A stretch of DNA of 28,840 nucleotides from a virus (taxonomy: Duplodnaviria > Caudoviricetes). Location: IMG/VR virus record IMGVR_UViG_3300012665_000317, positions 1-28,840 of that record. One strand, given 5' to 3'. Under the pieces are notes generated by a model, which saw only the letters and a list, made by a program, of their open reading frames with translations, was not told where the DNA came from and searched no databases. The translations under genes and the position numbers were made by a program. Shown in pieces: positions 15,117-24,178 of this stretch. Position 1 is the stretch's first letter. Each line of letters begins with the position of its first letter.

Positions 15117-16807
15117 TATTTCTTACCTGCTTTCTTTTTTGCAATAGCTATCGCTGCCTGTTGTGCCGCATTAGAAGCTTCGTCTACTGCTTTCTTAAAA
15201 CCTTTGTTAGGAACCCAACCTGCAATAGGCTTGCACTTGCATTTACCTGGAGCACATGAGCAATTAGTCATACCACACTGCATACAACGTTTAGTGTCTT
15301 CTTTAACTGCTTCTTTCTTAATCTTTTCGCAGTCGTTTACACGCTTGCCTGCATTCTTACCAGTACCTGGCTGTGTGCCTACTTTTCTGTGGCCAGGCCA
15401 ACAGTCCTTAGGACCTGCTACACCTTCTTCTATACCTTCTTGAGCTGGCGTATCTAATAGCACATACATCTTATCACCGACTACATATGCCTTAGCATTA
15501 ACAACTTTATCACTACGACCAATCCTTGGTCTAACACCGTCGCCAAATACCATTACGTTATAAGTTGAGCCACCGTATCCTACAGTTGCGCCATCTGGTT
15601 TTAAATTACTAGGTGCTGGAGTAGGTTCTGCTGGCGTTGGAGAACTTAGTCCTGGACTCATAGTAACTCGTTCAATAACACGTTTAGCTAATCGAGTAGC
15701 TCGTTCGTTAGGACGAGCAGCAGCTTCTTTTAATTCTTGTTCAACCGCTTTGAAATACTTGCCAATCATGCTAGGCTTTGCACCTTCTGCTACATTTAAT
15801 ACTGGATTAGTGATTGTTTTCTTAGCAGGATCTGCGTAGTGTTGCATTGTTAATGACTCTGCTGTAGTAGGACGATTTAAAGGCCCTCTACCTTCTGTTA
15901 CAATAGACAGTAATCTGCTCATGCCGGTGTTTTCTTTAACTGGAGCAGCTTTTTGTTTTTGTAATTCTGCTTGTGCCGGAGTCGTTCCTAGTTTTTGATC
16001 ATATTTCCAGCCAGGAGTCACTACCCCATCGGGTTGTTGCATAAATTTAGCATTAGCTTGTTTTTCAAATTCTTTATGTTGAGCACGATTAAATTCTGCG
16101 TCCGGTGACTTATCGTTGATATTGCTTAACCCAATCCAGTTAGCAATAGCATATTCTTTACCTTCTGGAGTTCCTAACATACGTTGAACTAATTCCCAAT
16201 CATCTTTAACAAATGCAGGTTGCTTATAATTAGGATCTGCTTGTCTTGCTCGATAATAAGAAGCATTTAATCCCATCATTAAATCAGCAAAGTCACTGGT
16301 GCCGTTCCAAGCCCCAATTCTACTAGGATCTGTTTCCGAACGTGTGCCACCGTCAATAACATCAGCCGGATGTTTGTAATTCTTTTTTAAGAATTCAACG
16401 CTTGGTACTTTATAGTTTGCTGGATCAACTTGCGGTTGTGCTGGCGCTGCAGGTGCAACGGCTGGTTGACTAGTTTGTACGGGTTGGCCACTGCCTGACG
16501 AAACAGGATTGCCGTTACTATCAACTAGTTCTTCTTTAACTCTGGTATTTGCTTTTTTAGCTTCACGATCCGCCATGATTTGTGCTTGAGTTTTTTGCCC
16601 AGATAATACAGCGACCATTTCGTCTGCTGTCAAATTGCTGGATGGCGGTGTAATTGGCGTACTTGTTGCAGGTTTTGTAACAGGCGTTGGTTTTTGATTT
16701 AACTCTGCTTCTTTAACAACTTGGAGGAACTTTTTCATGCCTGAAGAATTTACTTCAGCGTTGGCCTTTGCGCCATCCATTGCTTGGAGTATTTTCTTCA
16801 TATCCAT
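15116..16807 (-). CDS. modular probable internal virion protein
   Basis: 563 aa; short modules (CWPGHRKVG...DC, CMQCGMTNCSC, AAQQAAIAIAKKK) separated by VKE/IEE/VDE. Confidence 0.75.
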   Translation of the reverse strand: MDMKKILQAMDGAKANAEVNSSGMKKFLQVVKEAELNQKPTPVTKPATSTPITPPSSNLTADEMVAVLSGQKTQAQIMADREAKKANTRVKEELVDSNGNPVSSGSGQPVQTSQPAVAPAAPAQPQVDPANYKVPSVEFLKKNYKHPADVIDGGTRSETDPSRIGAWNGTSDFADLMMGLNASYYRARQADPNYKQPAFVKDDWELVQRMLGTPEGKEYAIANWIGLSNINDKSPDAEFNRAQHKEFEKQANAKFMQQPDGVVTPGWKYDQKLGTTPAQAELQKQKAAPVKENTGMSRLLSIVTEGRGPLNRPTTAESLTMQHYADPAKKTITNPVLNVAEGAKPSMIGKYFKAVEQELKEAAARPNERATRLAKRVIERVTMSPGLSSPTPAEPTPAPSNLKPDGATVGYGGSTYNVMVFGDGVRPRIGRSDKVVNAKAYVVGDKMYVLLDTPAQEGIEEGVAGPKDCWPGHRKVGTQPGTGKNAGKRVNDCEKIKKEAVKEDTKRCMQCGMTNCSCAPGKCKCKPIAGWVPNKGFKKAVDEASNAAQQAAIAIAKKKAGKK

Positions 16808-16810
16808 GAT

Positions 16811-17932
16811 TTAACCTTGTGTTACACCACGTGGACCGCGAGTGTCTTTAACACCGCCTGCTTTCATTAATGCAGTACGGGCACCGTAGTTTTTACGATC
16901 AACATCTTTAGCTGCTTGTTTAATAGGAGGAGTTTGCGACTTCTTTTCAACATGCTTTAGTGGATCAAACTTATCACCTTCATACATACTACCACATTCT
17001 TTTAAGCCGTGTACTGGGCATGACTTACCTTTAGCAGTGTGATTGCATTTTGCCGCAGCCTCTTTTACTTTGGCAAAAGGATTTACACCTTTCTTAGGAC
17101 CTGCTTTTTTATCAGCAAGGGCTTTTTTCATTGGCTCTGTTTTGTTGCCGTTTTTGTTAACATCTAAAAAATCTGGTTTTGCGCCTTCCTTCATTGCAGG
17201 ATTTGTAGGACCGGGTGCAGCAGCACTCCACTCTTTACCTTTATTAGGACCAGAAGTGATTACTGGATAACGTCCTGTTTTAGGATTCTTCTTTGGAGGA
17301 GCAGTAGCACCATCAGGATTCATAGGAACAGCAGTTTCGTTAGTAGACTTAACTCCACCCTTCATGATAGTCTGCTTGCCTGGATTAGCTTTGCCCCATG
17401 CTTTAGAATCTTTCTCTTGTGCTTTGTCGTGTGCTTTGTCACCTGCTTTCTCAGCAGCAGACTTTGACTTTGCTTGTGACTTAGGCTCAGTATGCTCTTC
17501 ATCACTGAATCTGTTTGGATTTTCTTTATGCTTAGTAACACCTTTCTTAGAACGATCAATCTCACCACCAGTTGAGCTGCGTTCCTCGTCTAGTGCTTTC
17601 TCTTTCTTCTTCATGTCATCTTTAGCTTTAACAGCCTGCTTCTTAGCTTCTGTTAGCTTCTGTTCAAATACGCGACGAATACTTTCTGAATACATGTCTG
17701 CATTTTCGATAGCATCACCGTACTCGCTAATCTTCATTTCGTATTCCATGTAGTGATACACAGACGCAATGTAGTCAGCAGCCTTGGTAATTTTAGCCTG
17801 TACCCAGCCCTCTAATTGTTGATCTTCTCCGATCATTTTGAATAGCTTAAAGCTGTACTGAGCGCATTTAAATAGATCGGCACGAGCCATTTTTGCTTCG
17901 TGATCTACGGGTTGATGAAAGTTGTCTTGCAT
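16811..17932 (-). CDS. modular Lys-rich probable internal virion protein
   Basis: 373 aa; helical N-domain (WVQAKITKAADY), KPDFLDVNKNGN and CNHT...CPVHG...C modules; GGAG SD. Confidence 0.78.
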   Translation of the reverse strand: MQDNFHQPVDHEAKMARADLFKCAQYSFKLFKMIGEDQQLEGWVQAKITKAADYIASVYHYMEYEMKISEYGDAIENADMYSESIRRVFEQKLTEAKKQAVKAKDDMKKKEKALDEERSSTGGEIDRSKKGVTKHKENPNRFSDEEHTEPKSQAKSKSAAEKAGDKAHDKAQEKDSKAWGKANPGKQTIMKGGVKSTNETAVPMNPDGATAPPKKNPKTGRYPVITSGPNKGKEWSAAAPGPTNPAMKEGAKPDFLDVNKNGNKTEPMKKALADKKAGPKKGVNPFAKVKEAAAKCNHTAKGKSCPVHGLKECGSMYEGDKFDPLKHVEKKSQTPPIKQAAKDVDRKNYGARTALMKAGGVKDTRGPRGVTQG

Positions 17933-17956
17933 TTTGAGAATTCTCCAATATCGTTG

Positions 17957-17963
17957 TATTTAT
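17957..17963 (-). promoter_or_regulatory. late promoter-like ATAAATA box
   Basis: Overlaps the upstream stop codon; precedes GGAG and the ATG at 17932. Confidence 0.6.
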
Positions 17964-18208
17964 CGTTTAATCGCCGGGCCGCCGAATATACTAGTACCTT
18001 TTATATCTAGTGCGTTATCGGTGGGTTTTTGTGATTTAGGTTTCGGCTGCGAGGGAGCTTTTGTTCCTGATTTTCCCGGACTACCTATATATGACTTCTT
18101 ACCTCTAGAAGGCCCGGGACTATGGTGCGGACTATCTACTGAAGCAATGTTTCCGGCACTAGTTGCACCTGCTGTTGCTGTTTCTTTAATTATGTCGTAT
18201 ATTTTCAT
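17960..18208 (-). CDS. small basic probable virion protein
   Basis: 82 aa; MKIYDIIKE leader. Confidence 0.72.
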   Translation of the reverse strand: MKIYDIIKETATAGATSAGNIASVDSPHHSPGPSRGKKSYIGSPGKSGTKAPSQPKPKSQKPTDNALDIKGTSIFGGPAIKR

Positions 18209-18948
18209 AAGGTTAACGGCTTACTTTTAAAATAATGCCTATGTTGTTTATTAAAATGACGCATAATAACACCGGCTAGCTCGTGTGCTTCATTTTCTTC
18301 GGGACTACCTGTTTCGCCGCTCTCAGTTCCTAACTCGTCATTTAAGTATTGTTTAAAATGTACTAGTTCATGTGCTAGTGTTCTTAGTATATCTATAGGA
18401 TGACGGTTAGCCATACCTAAGTCTATAATTAAGTTACCATGATCAAATCGTCCAAAAGTTGGTTGATCTGTATCATCTACTTGCATTACAAGATTAATCT
18501 TTGGTAACTTATCAATATCTAACACTTTCATAGCAATAGGAAAAAAGTCTTTAAAGATTTGAAAGCTAAATTTATCTTCTGCGCTTTCGTTGGCTTTTTG
18601 TCTGCCAGCCTTCATATTGGCCATCCAGTGTGCTAACTGTCCTTTGCGTCCACCTTGTTTGGCAACCTTACGTAGACTACTTACACTGCCTTTGGTATTG
18701 ACACCATGACGCTTGGCATCACCTTTGTCCTGTGGATTCTTTCCATCAGCAAAGTTTTCATTTTCAATGCTTTCACCACCACCGTCACCACCACCTTCGC
18801 CGCTGTAGCCTGCATCAAAGCCGTACCATCCGTAAGGTCCTGGACCGTAGGCTGCTGGCATACCCGAAGTACGACGAGCCTTACGCCTGCGCTTCTTAGC
18901 CTCATCTACAGTAGATGCGGTTGGTTGTGTTAGTTCACGTAGTAGCAT
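18205..18948 (-). CDS. modular protein with C-terminal HEXXH zincin-like domain
   Basis: Likely start MLLREL at 18948; LRTLAHELVHFKQ...ENEAH. Confidence 0.72.
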   Translation of the reverse strand: MLLRELTQPTASTVDEAKKRRRKARRTSGMPAAYGPGPYGWYGFDAGYSGEGGGDGGGESIENENFADGKNPQDKGDAKRHGVNTKGSVSSLRKVAKQGGRKGQLAHWMANMKAGRQKANESAEDKFSFQIFKDFFPIAMKVLDIDKLPKINLVMQVDDTDQPTFGRFDHGNLIIDLGMANRHPIDILRTLAHELVHFKQYLNDELGTESGETGSPEENEAHELAGVIMRHFNKQHRHYFKSKPLTL

Positions 18949-18949
18949 T

Positions 18950-19582
18950 TTAGCCTTCAAACACGTCTAGTGCATCGTTCCAGTGTTTGATACGATCTTC
19001 TAGACCAATGGTTCCACCATTGATACGCTTACTTAGTAATACAATATCACCAGTGTCGCAAATAGCATTTAGTTGATTCTTATACCAGAACCAGCAGGCA
19101 GTGATAATAGCATACTCTGGTGTACGTACTAGGTCTGGGTCGTTGGCTAGTGTGTCATCACCAAATAGATCACGGCTACACTGTGTATAGTTAGCACGAC
19201 CTGTTAACTGTAGTATGCCACGACCACGGAACTTGTATCCATCACCACTAGCTTCAGCGCCGTTGCCCATACGTCCTCCATAGACACGATTAGCAATCAT
19301 CTCTGCTTTTTTAGCATATTGATTTGCAATAGCATCATCTGGGAAATACTTTCCAAATACACCACGTAGGCCTTTAGCACTGTAGTTTAGATTTTCTTGT
19401 AAAATAGTAAAGTCTGCACTTTCATGCTGTCCCTGTGCTATAAATCCTGCAACACGAGCCGCAGTGGTAATACCAAACTTTGGCAAGTATGTATTCATTG
19501 CGTTGAACCAAAATGCTGGTTCTTTGTTCTTGTGTAGTAAGTGTGTTACTTTTTCTTGTGTAAAATCAAACTCAAAGCTCAT
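18950..19582 (-). CDS. glycoside hydrolase family 19 (chitinase-like lysin)
   Basis: FIAQGQHES, ENLNYS, YKFRGRGILQLTGRANY, INGGTIGLEDR. Confidence 0.93.
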   Translation of the reverse strand: MSFEFDFTQEKVTHLLHKNKEPAFWFNAMNTYLPKFGITTAARVAGFIAQGQHESADFTILQENLNYSAKGLRGVFGKYFPDDAIANQYAKKAEMIANRVYGGRMGNGAEASGDGYKFRGRGILQLTGRANYTQCSRDLFGDDTLANDPDLVRTPEYAIITACWFWYKNQLNAICDTGDIVLLSKRINGGTIGLEDRIKHWNDALDVFEG

Positions 19583-19604
19583 ACAAATGTCCTTTATATT
19601 ACTA

Positions 19605-19611
19605 TATTTAT
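19605..19611 (-). promoter_or_regulatory. late promoter-like ATAAATA box for the GH19 lysin
   Basis: Intergenic, followed by AAGGA SD. Confidence 0.62.
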
Positions 19612-19621
19612 TTGGAAAGTA

Positions 19622-19858
19622 TTACTTCTTTCTTCCTCTAAACCTAGGGTTACTAGCAGAAGGAAGATACTTCTCACCAGTTAGCTTAGGTAAACTAAAC
19701 CATAACTTAAACCAGTCATCTGTTCCCGGTTTAATGTTATCACGCTTCATAATTTCGCCTTTTTCGTTGCCAGTGACACTTATGTTACTACCACCGTAAG
19801 GTTGTAAGCCTTTGTATTCGTTAATGCCTGCTAGCTTACGTAATTCGTCTAAATTCAT
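19622..19858 (-). CDS. small probable virion protein
   Basis: 78 aa; LDELRKLAGINE, IKPGTDDWFKLWF. Confidence 0.75.
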   Translation of the reverse strand: MNLDELRKLAGINEYKGLQPYGGSNISVTGNEKGEIMKRDNIKPGTDDWFKLWFSLPKLTGEKYLPSASNPRFRGRKK

Positions 19859-21807
19859 TTTACTAGTCTAAAAGCTCTTAGATTTTTTCTAGGAGTACTT
19901 TTATTCACATCTTGAGTTGTATTTTGTTTAGTAATAATACCTACACCTGCAGCATCTTCAGTTGCTGATTTTTTAGTATCGTTATCAAACTGTTTCATTG
20001 TGGCTTTATTAATACCTTTGAAACGTTTATTACCTTTTTCAAAGTTACCTTGTTTATCTGCTGTACTGGCATCTGCCCCAGCTGCTTTCTTATAGCGACT
20101 TAGCAAATCATTGGACAACTCATTTAGGCTATCCGCCAAACTTTCATTTAATCCAAATCCATCACGAATCTCATTCATTAGTTCGCTTACACTAGCTTCT
20201 GTATTAGGTAGTCGTCCTTTAAACGCATCATCAATGTGTGGATCACCTTCTTCTACTGTGCCTAATGCGTATGTAAAGAATCCATCTCCGGCATTATCAA
20301 TAATAGCAATGTACCACTGATCCTCAACTTCTGCACCTCTAGTAGTAAACATAAATGCATCATCGCTCATACGCTTGCCTTTCCATCCTGTGGCCTTCAT
20401 TGCGCTGTTAACTTTGTTAACAACTTCTGGCCAAGGTAATACATTTCCTAACTTGTTTTCCGCCACACCTTGAATCTTACGTTTAGATAACTCTTGCTGT
20501 AGTGCCTGTAGCTTGTTAGGAGCACGGGCAATGGCATTGCGAATATCGCCTGCTACTTTTTTTGGAAGTTTAGCAAGTATGTCATTGACAATCTGTTCAG
20601 CTTGTGCATTTTGCTGTCCGGGAACTTTGCTTTTCTCAGGTTTAACTGCGGGTTCATCATACTCATCGCCCATATCAGCTTCAGCTTCTAACTTGGCAAG
20701 ATAAGATTCGTATTCTTCTCTACGAGAGTTCCAACTGTAGGCAAACTGTGTTAGACTATGATCGCCCATCTGTTTGCCTATCTTGAATAATATAGGAGGC
20801 AATGATCTGCTGATCTCTGTAAATGTAATACGACTCTCACGATCTTCGCTGGCATCTTTTAAATAGTCGATCAATGGCACAGCATATCTTGGTGCTTGTT
20901 TAGCCAGTGCATATAAGTCAGCTTGTAGTTTATCAAAGTAGAAGTTATGAAACCATTGAGCACTTTGTCCGGCAGCATTACGATGGAAGCCTTTTAACGA
21001 ACCGTTGTTTTCCACCCAACGTTTTGCCATGGCTTTTAGTTTGCCGTATAACTGTGTTATAGGCTCGCCATTGGTAGTAATGCTTTTTAATGTGCTAGGT
21101 AATGATGGACCTTCACCTAATGAAATCTCAGCTACAGCCTTTTTAGTTTTCTTAGCAGGTTTTTCTGCAGACATTTGACCCATACGTGCCTTGGCCTTTT
21201 GCATTAAGTCCATGACTTCATCATCACTGAGTTCTGGACTCATTGCATCACGCCACACTGCAAATTGTTCTTCATCACTCTTGCCGGGATCTGTTAACAC
21301 AGCTCTCATTGGAGTAGCACGTGGTCCTTCTTCGCCTCGACTAGGATCGTCAGTTTCTTGACGACTAATAACATTTAAACTATCAAAGTTAAACGGAATC
21401 TCGCCTTTCTTATTAGGTTTACCATTGTAGGCATTCAAATATTGAAAGGCCGCCTTTTGATCTGCACCAACAACTACTACAGCATTTTTATAACCCTGGC
21501 CGTTTAAGTTAGTTAATACGCGAGTCAAGTCCGGTAATTCATCTGTGGCTGTTTGAAAGATGTGCCCGTTATCTGGAAACACTTTGCGATAAATTGCTAA
21601 TTTTTCTTCAGGTTGTAGAGGATCGTCCGGACCATATGTTCTGCTGACAACAAAGTAAGGATCTCCGCCTATTTTTTCTGCGTGTGTGATCACACTACTG
21701 GCCAACATCATATGTCCTTTGTGTCCCATGCCTCGACCCCACCCAACTACTGCGGTGTTGCCCTCGCCGGTTCTATCTATTGCTTCAAACAGTTGACGTA
21801 ATAACAT
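19855..21807 (-). CDS. HIGH-superfamily (cytidylyltransferase-like) nucleotidyltransferase with extra C-terminal modules
   Basis: Likely start MLLRQLFE at 21807 (AAGGA SD); WGRGMGHKGH (HxGH), DDPL, VVVGADQ, RATPMR. Confidence 0.72.
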   Translation of the reverse strand: MLLRQLFEAIDRTGEGNTAVVGWGRGMGHKGHMMLASSVITHAEKIGGDPYFVVSRTYGPDDPLQPEEKLAIYRKVFPDNGHIFQTATDELPDLTRVLTNLNGQGYKNAVVVVGADQKAAFQYLNAYNGKPNKKGEIPFNFDSLNVISRQETDDPSRGEEGPRATPMRAVLTDPGKSDEEQFAVWRDAMSPELSDDEVMDLMQKAKARMGQMSAEKPAKKTKKAVAEISLGEGPSLPSTLKSITTNGEPITQLYGKLKAMAKRWVENNGSLKGFHRNAAGQSAQWFHNFYFDKLQADLYALAKQAPRYAVPLIDYLKDASEDRESRITFTEISRSLPPILFKIGKQMGDHSLTQFAYSWNSRREEYESYLAKLEAEADMGDEYDEPAVKPEKSKVPGQQNAQAEQIVNDILAKLPKKVAGDIRNAIARAPNKLQALQQELSKRKIQGVAENKLGNVLPWPEVVNKVNSAMKATGWKGKRMSDDAFMFTTRGAEVEDQWYIAIIDNAGDGFFTYALGTVEEGDPHIDDAFKGRLPNTEASVSELMNEIRDGFGLNESLADSLNELSNDLLSRYKKAAGADASTADKQGNFEKGNKRFKGINKATMKQFDNDTKKSATEDAAGVGIITKQNTTQDVNKSTPRKNLRAFRLVK

Positions 21808-21808
21808 A

Positions 21809-22972
21809 TTAATCTTTCCTTGGTGCCCAGTTGCCCTGGTCAATAGACTTGACAAACTGTCCTGGCAAATCATTCTTAAATTTTTCACCTGGATGTGCTT
21901 GAACATATCCTTCTGGTTTTGTTTGTCTAATACCGCTGTGTGTTCCGGCACTTAGTCCTTGAATCATTTCAAGTTTAGCATTAGTTAATTGTTCTACAGC
22001 ATTTAGCACAGCGTCTAATCCGGCTTGGTCTGCTAGAATTTTTTGACTTTGCCCTTGACTCACATTAGTTTTGACCCAATCAACAAACTTCTGTTTAATA
22101 CCGGGTATACGTAAATTTTGATTATAGAATTTATAAAGTATATCGCCAGGTTTACTTAATCCTGCCTTTGGTGCAAGGAAGTTATCAATTAATTGTGCAT
22201 TAGTACTAATGTACGATTCTACATTACTTAGGTCAGTTGCTTCTAATCCGGGAGCATCTTCAACATATGTTGTACCTTGCACAATAACATCATTAGTGCT
22301 TAGTGATTCTGCATCAGGAAATCGACCTTCTTCGCCACTACCTAACGCATCGTAGAATCCTGTAACGGCAACCATGACCTTAGCAGTTTTAATTCGTTGA
22401 CCTAAGTTGCTATCTTTACCTATATGGAATGTAGTTATATTAGGAGTAAAGTCATACTCACCAGTTTGTTTGTTTAAAACTGCTTTAGCAGTTTCTCCAT
22501 TGGGCTTAGATCCAGGATAAAATAATATTCCACCTTCGACAAACCCTTGTTCTGGACTAGCTTGCTCAAGGTAGGGCCAAAGACTAGATAATTGTTTAGC
22601 GTATTGCTTACGTTGTGCTTCTTGAGCTGGATCAGCTTTACCTGTTCCTAATAAAAACGCACTGACCTCGTCGGGACTAGTAGGTGCTGTGCTAACTCCG
22701 CTATCTAATTGATTCTTACCACGTTTTAAATATTCCCAAGCATTTTTTGGAATCATGTAAAACACACCGTCTTGCTTGCCCCAATATACTACAGGACTAC
22801 CGTCCCATTTTAATTCTATAGTTCCACCTTGTGTGGTCATTGACTGCATACGTTCTACAGCATGTAGCCCGCCTGTGCTGCCGTTAGTAAACACTAGGTC
22901 TTCAATGTGCTGGTACTTGCGACCAATTGAAGGAGCCGTAGCCTCTTTAAGAATAAACTCACGTGCTCTCAT
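21809..22972 (-). CDS. ATP-dependent ligase-like (KxDG) covalent nucleotidyltransferase, DUF6267-like
   Basis: HIEDL, ELKWDGSP (motif I), VEGG (III), PEGYV (IV), FVK (V). Confidence 0.62.
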   Translation of the reverse strand: MRAREFILKEATAPSIGRKYQHIEDLVFTNGSTGGLHAVERMQSMTTQGGTIELKWDGSPVVYWGKQDGVFYMIPKNAWEYLKRGKNQLDSGVSTAPTSPDEVSAFLLGTGKADPAQEAQRKQYAKQLSSLWPYLEQASPEQGFVEGGILFYPGSKPNGETAKAVLNKQTGEYDFTPNITTFHIGKDSNLGQRIKTAKVMVAVTGFYDALGSGEEGRFPDAESLSTNDVIVQGTTYVEDAPGLEATDLSNVESYISTNAQLIDNFLAPKAGLSKPGDILYKFYNQNLRIPGIKQKFVDWVKTNVSQGQSQKILADQAGLDAVLNAVEQLTNAKLEMIQGLSAGTHSGIRQTKPEGYVQAHPGEKFKNDLPGQFVKSIDQGNWAPRKD

Positions 22973-23835
22973 TCTAGTCTAGATCTCATTTTACTAAACC
23001 ATTCGTTGGTACCAACATCCGGTGTAGCTGCTTGCCAACTAGCACTTGCTTTAGCTTTAGCTAAAACTTCAGCACGTTCTGCTTCGTTGGGGATTGCATT
23101 AAGAATACTCTCAACACTTCCTAACGCATTGGCATCTTTTTTGTTTAGTAGATAATTAGCAATCTCATCTGGCTCGTCTGTTAAGAACTCACCTTTCTTT
23201 CCTGCTGCATCACGGCTGTATAATCCTTCGTCGGGACTCCATAGAAGCCCCTTCATAGTAGCTAGTGTGTTTAACACCATTTGTTTGTTAACACCTTTAT
23301 AAGGACTACCGTGTGGAATATCATGTCTATGAAAGGCTGCTACTTTATCTGCTTTAGGTATAACCTTAATATCAACTTGATAAAAGTTTTTTTGAAACGG
23401 AATTCTTGTATGTACAGTTACTCCGGCCTTTTTAGTTTCTAGTCCCTTGGCCTTTAAAAAGTCATCTAATGCTTGTTTTGTAGTTTTAGAATCAGATGTT
23501 TTAAAAAATGCAGCAGCTTGAGTTAGATCAGTCTGTACATCTAAGTCGCCGGATCTTTTAGGGCGTAATCTAGCACCTTCGGGCATATTACCGTCATTAT
23601 ATTTTTTATTTGCACTATGAAAAACTTTGTCTTGTATGTATCCTATAATCTCACCTGCAAGCTCAACGGGGATCTTAGGGTTATAACTACTGCCAATAAC
23701 ATGCAATTCTAGGCCAAGCTCTTTTAGATATTCTTCGGTCGTACTTATCAGTGCATCAACCATTTCAGGTGTTTGCTCGTAATCGCTAGTATCCGGCCAA
23801 ATATTGCCGCCTTCGAATAGATTAATGCTCGTCAT
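22969..23835 (-). CDS. Pol-beta-superfamily nucleotidyltransferase-like protein
   Basis: Likely start MTSINLFEGG at 23835; hGS (VIGSS), SGDLDV, FYQVDI as the third acidic residue. Confidence 0.65.
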   Translation of the reverse strand: MTSINLFEGGNIWPDTSDYEQTPEMVDALISTTEEYLKELGLELHVIGSSYNPKIPVELAGEIIGYIQDKVFHSANKKYNDGNMPEGARLRPKRSGDLDVQTDLTQAAAFFKTSDSKTTKQALDDFLKAKGLETKKAGVTVHTRIPFQKNFYQVDIKVIPKADKVAAFHRHDIPHGSPYKGVNKQMVLNTLATMKGLLWSPDEGLYSRDAAGKKGEFLTDEPDEIANYLLNKKDANALGSVESILNAIPNEAERAEVLAKAKASASWQAATPDVGTNEWFSKMRSRLE

Positions 23836-24172
23836 TTTCTTTTTTCTTTTCTTCTTGATAGTTTTGCATACACTGACCGTTAAGTACTTCACAGATTTCT
23901 TTTAATATGCTTTCAGGTAAATCATTTTCTAATTGCTCTACTTGAAATTTATTTTGATATTCTTCGTAGGCTTTTTTTACTATCGGGAAAAACGCCTTAG
24001 GACTTACTTGTCTACCTGCATCGCAGTGACGTTTGTATTTTGTTAAAAACGGATGGAATTCTTTACGATAAAAATCGGGATCGTTATTCATAAAGAATAT
24101 TAGGTCGTCTTGTAGGTCAAAGTCTATCTTAGACTTATCTTCAGATTGATTAAACAGTTCAAATATTTTCAT
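23822..24172 (-). CDS. hypothetical protein
   Basis: 116 aa helical; MKIFELF leader. Confidence 0.75.
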   Translation of the reverse strand: MKIFELFNQSEDKSKIDFDLQDDLIFFMNNDPDFYRKEFHPFLTKYKRHCDAGRQVSPKAFFPIVKKAYEEYQNKFQVEQLENDLPESILKEICEVLNGQCMQNYQEEKKKENDEH

Positions 24173-24178
24173 AATTTA

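Noticed and set aside
21808-21951. Longer starts for the HIGH enzyme (21951), NTase (23892), zincin (18960), LysM protein (14568) and DnaJ (28414)
   Set aside because: They overlap upstream genes or promoters; downstream ATGs fit SD, coupling or leader patterns better.
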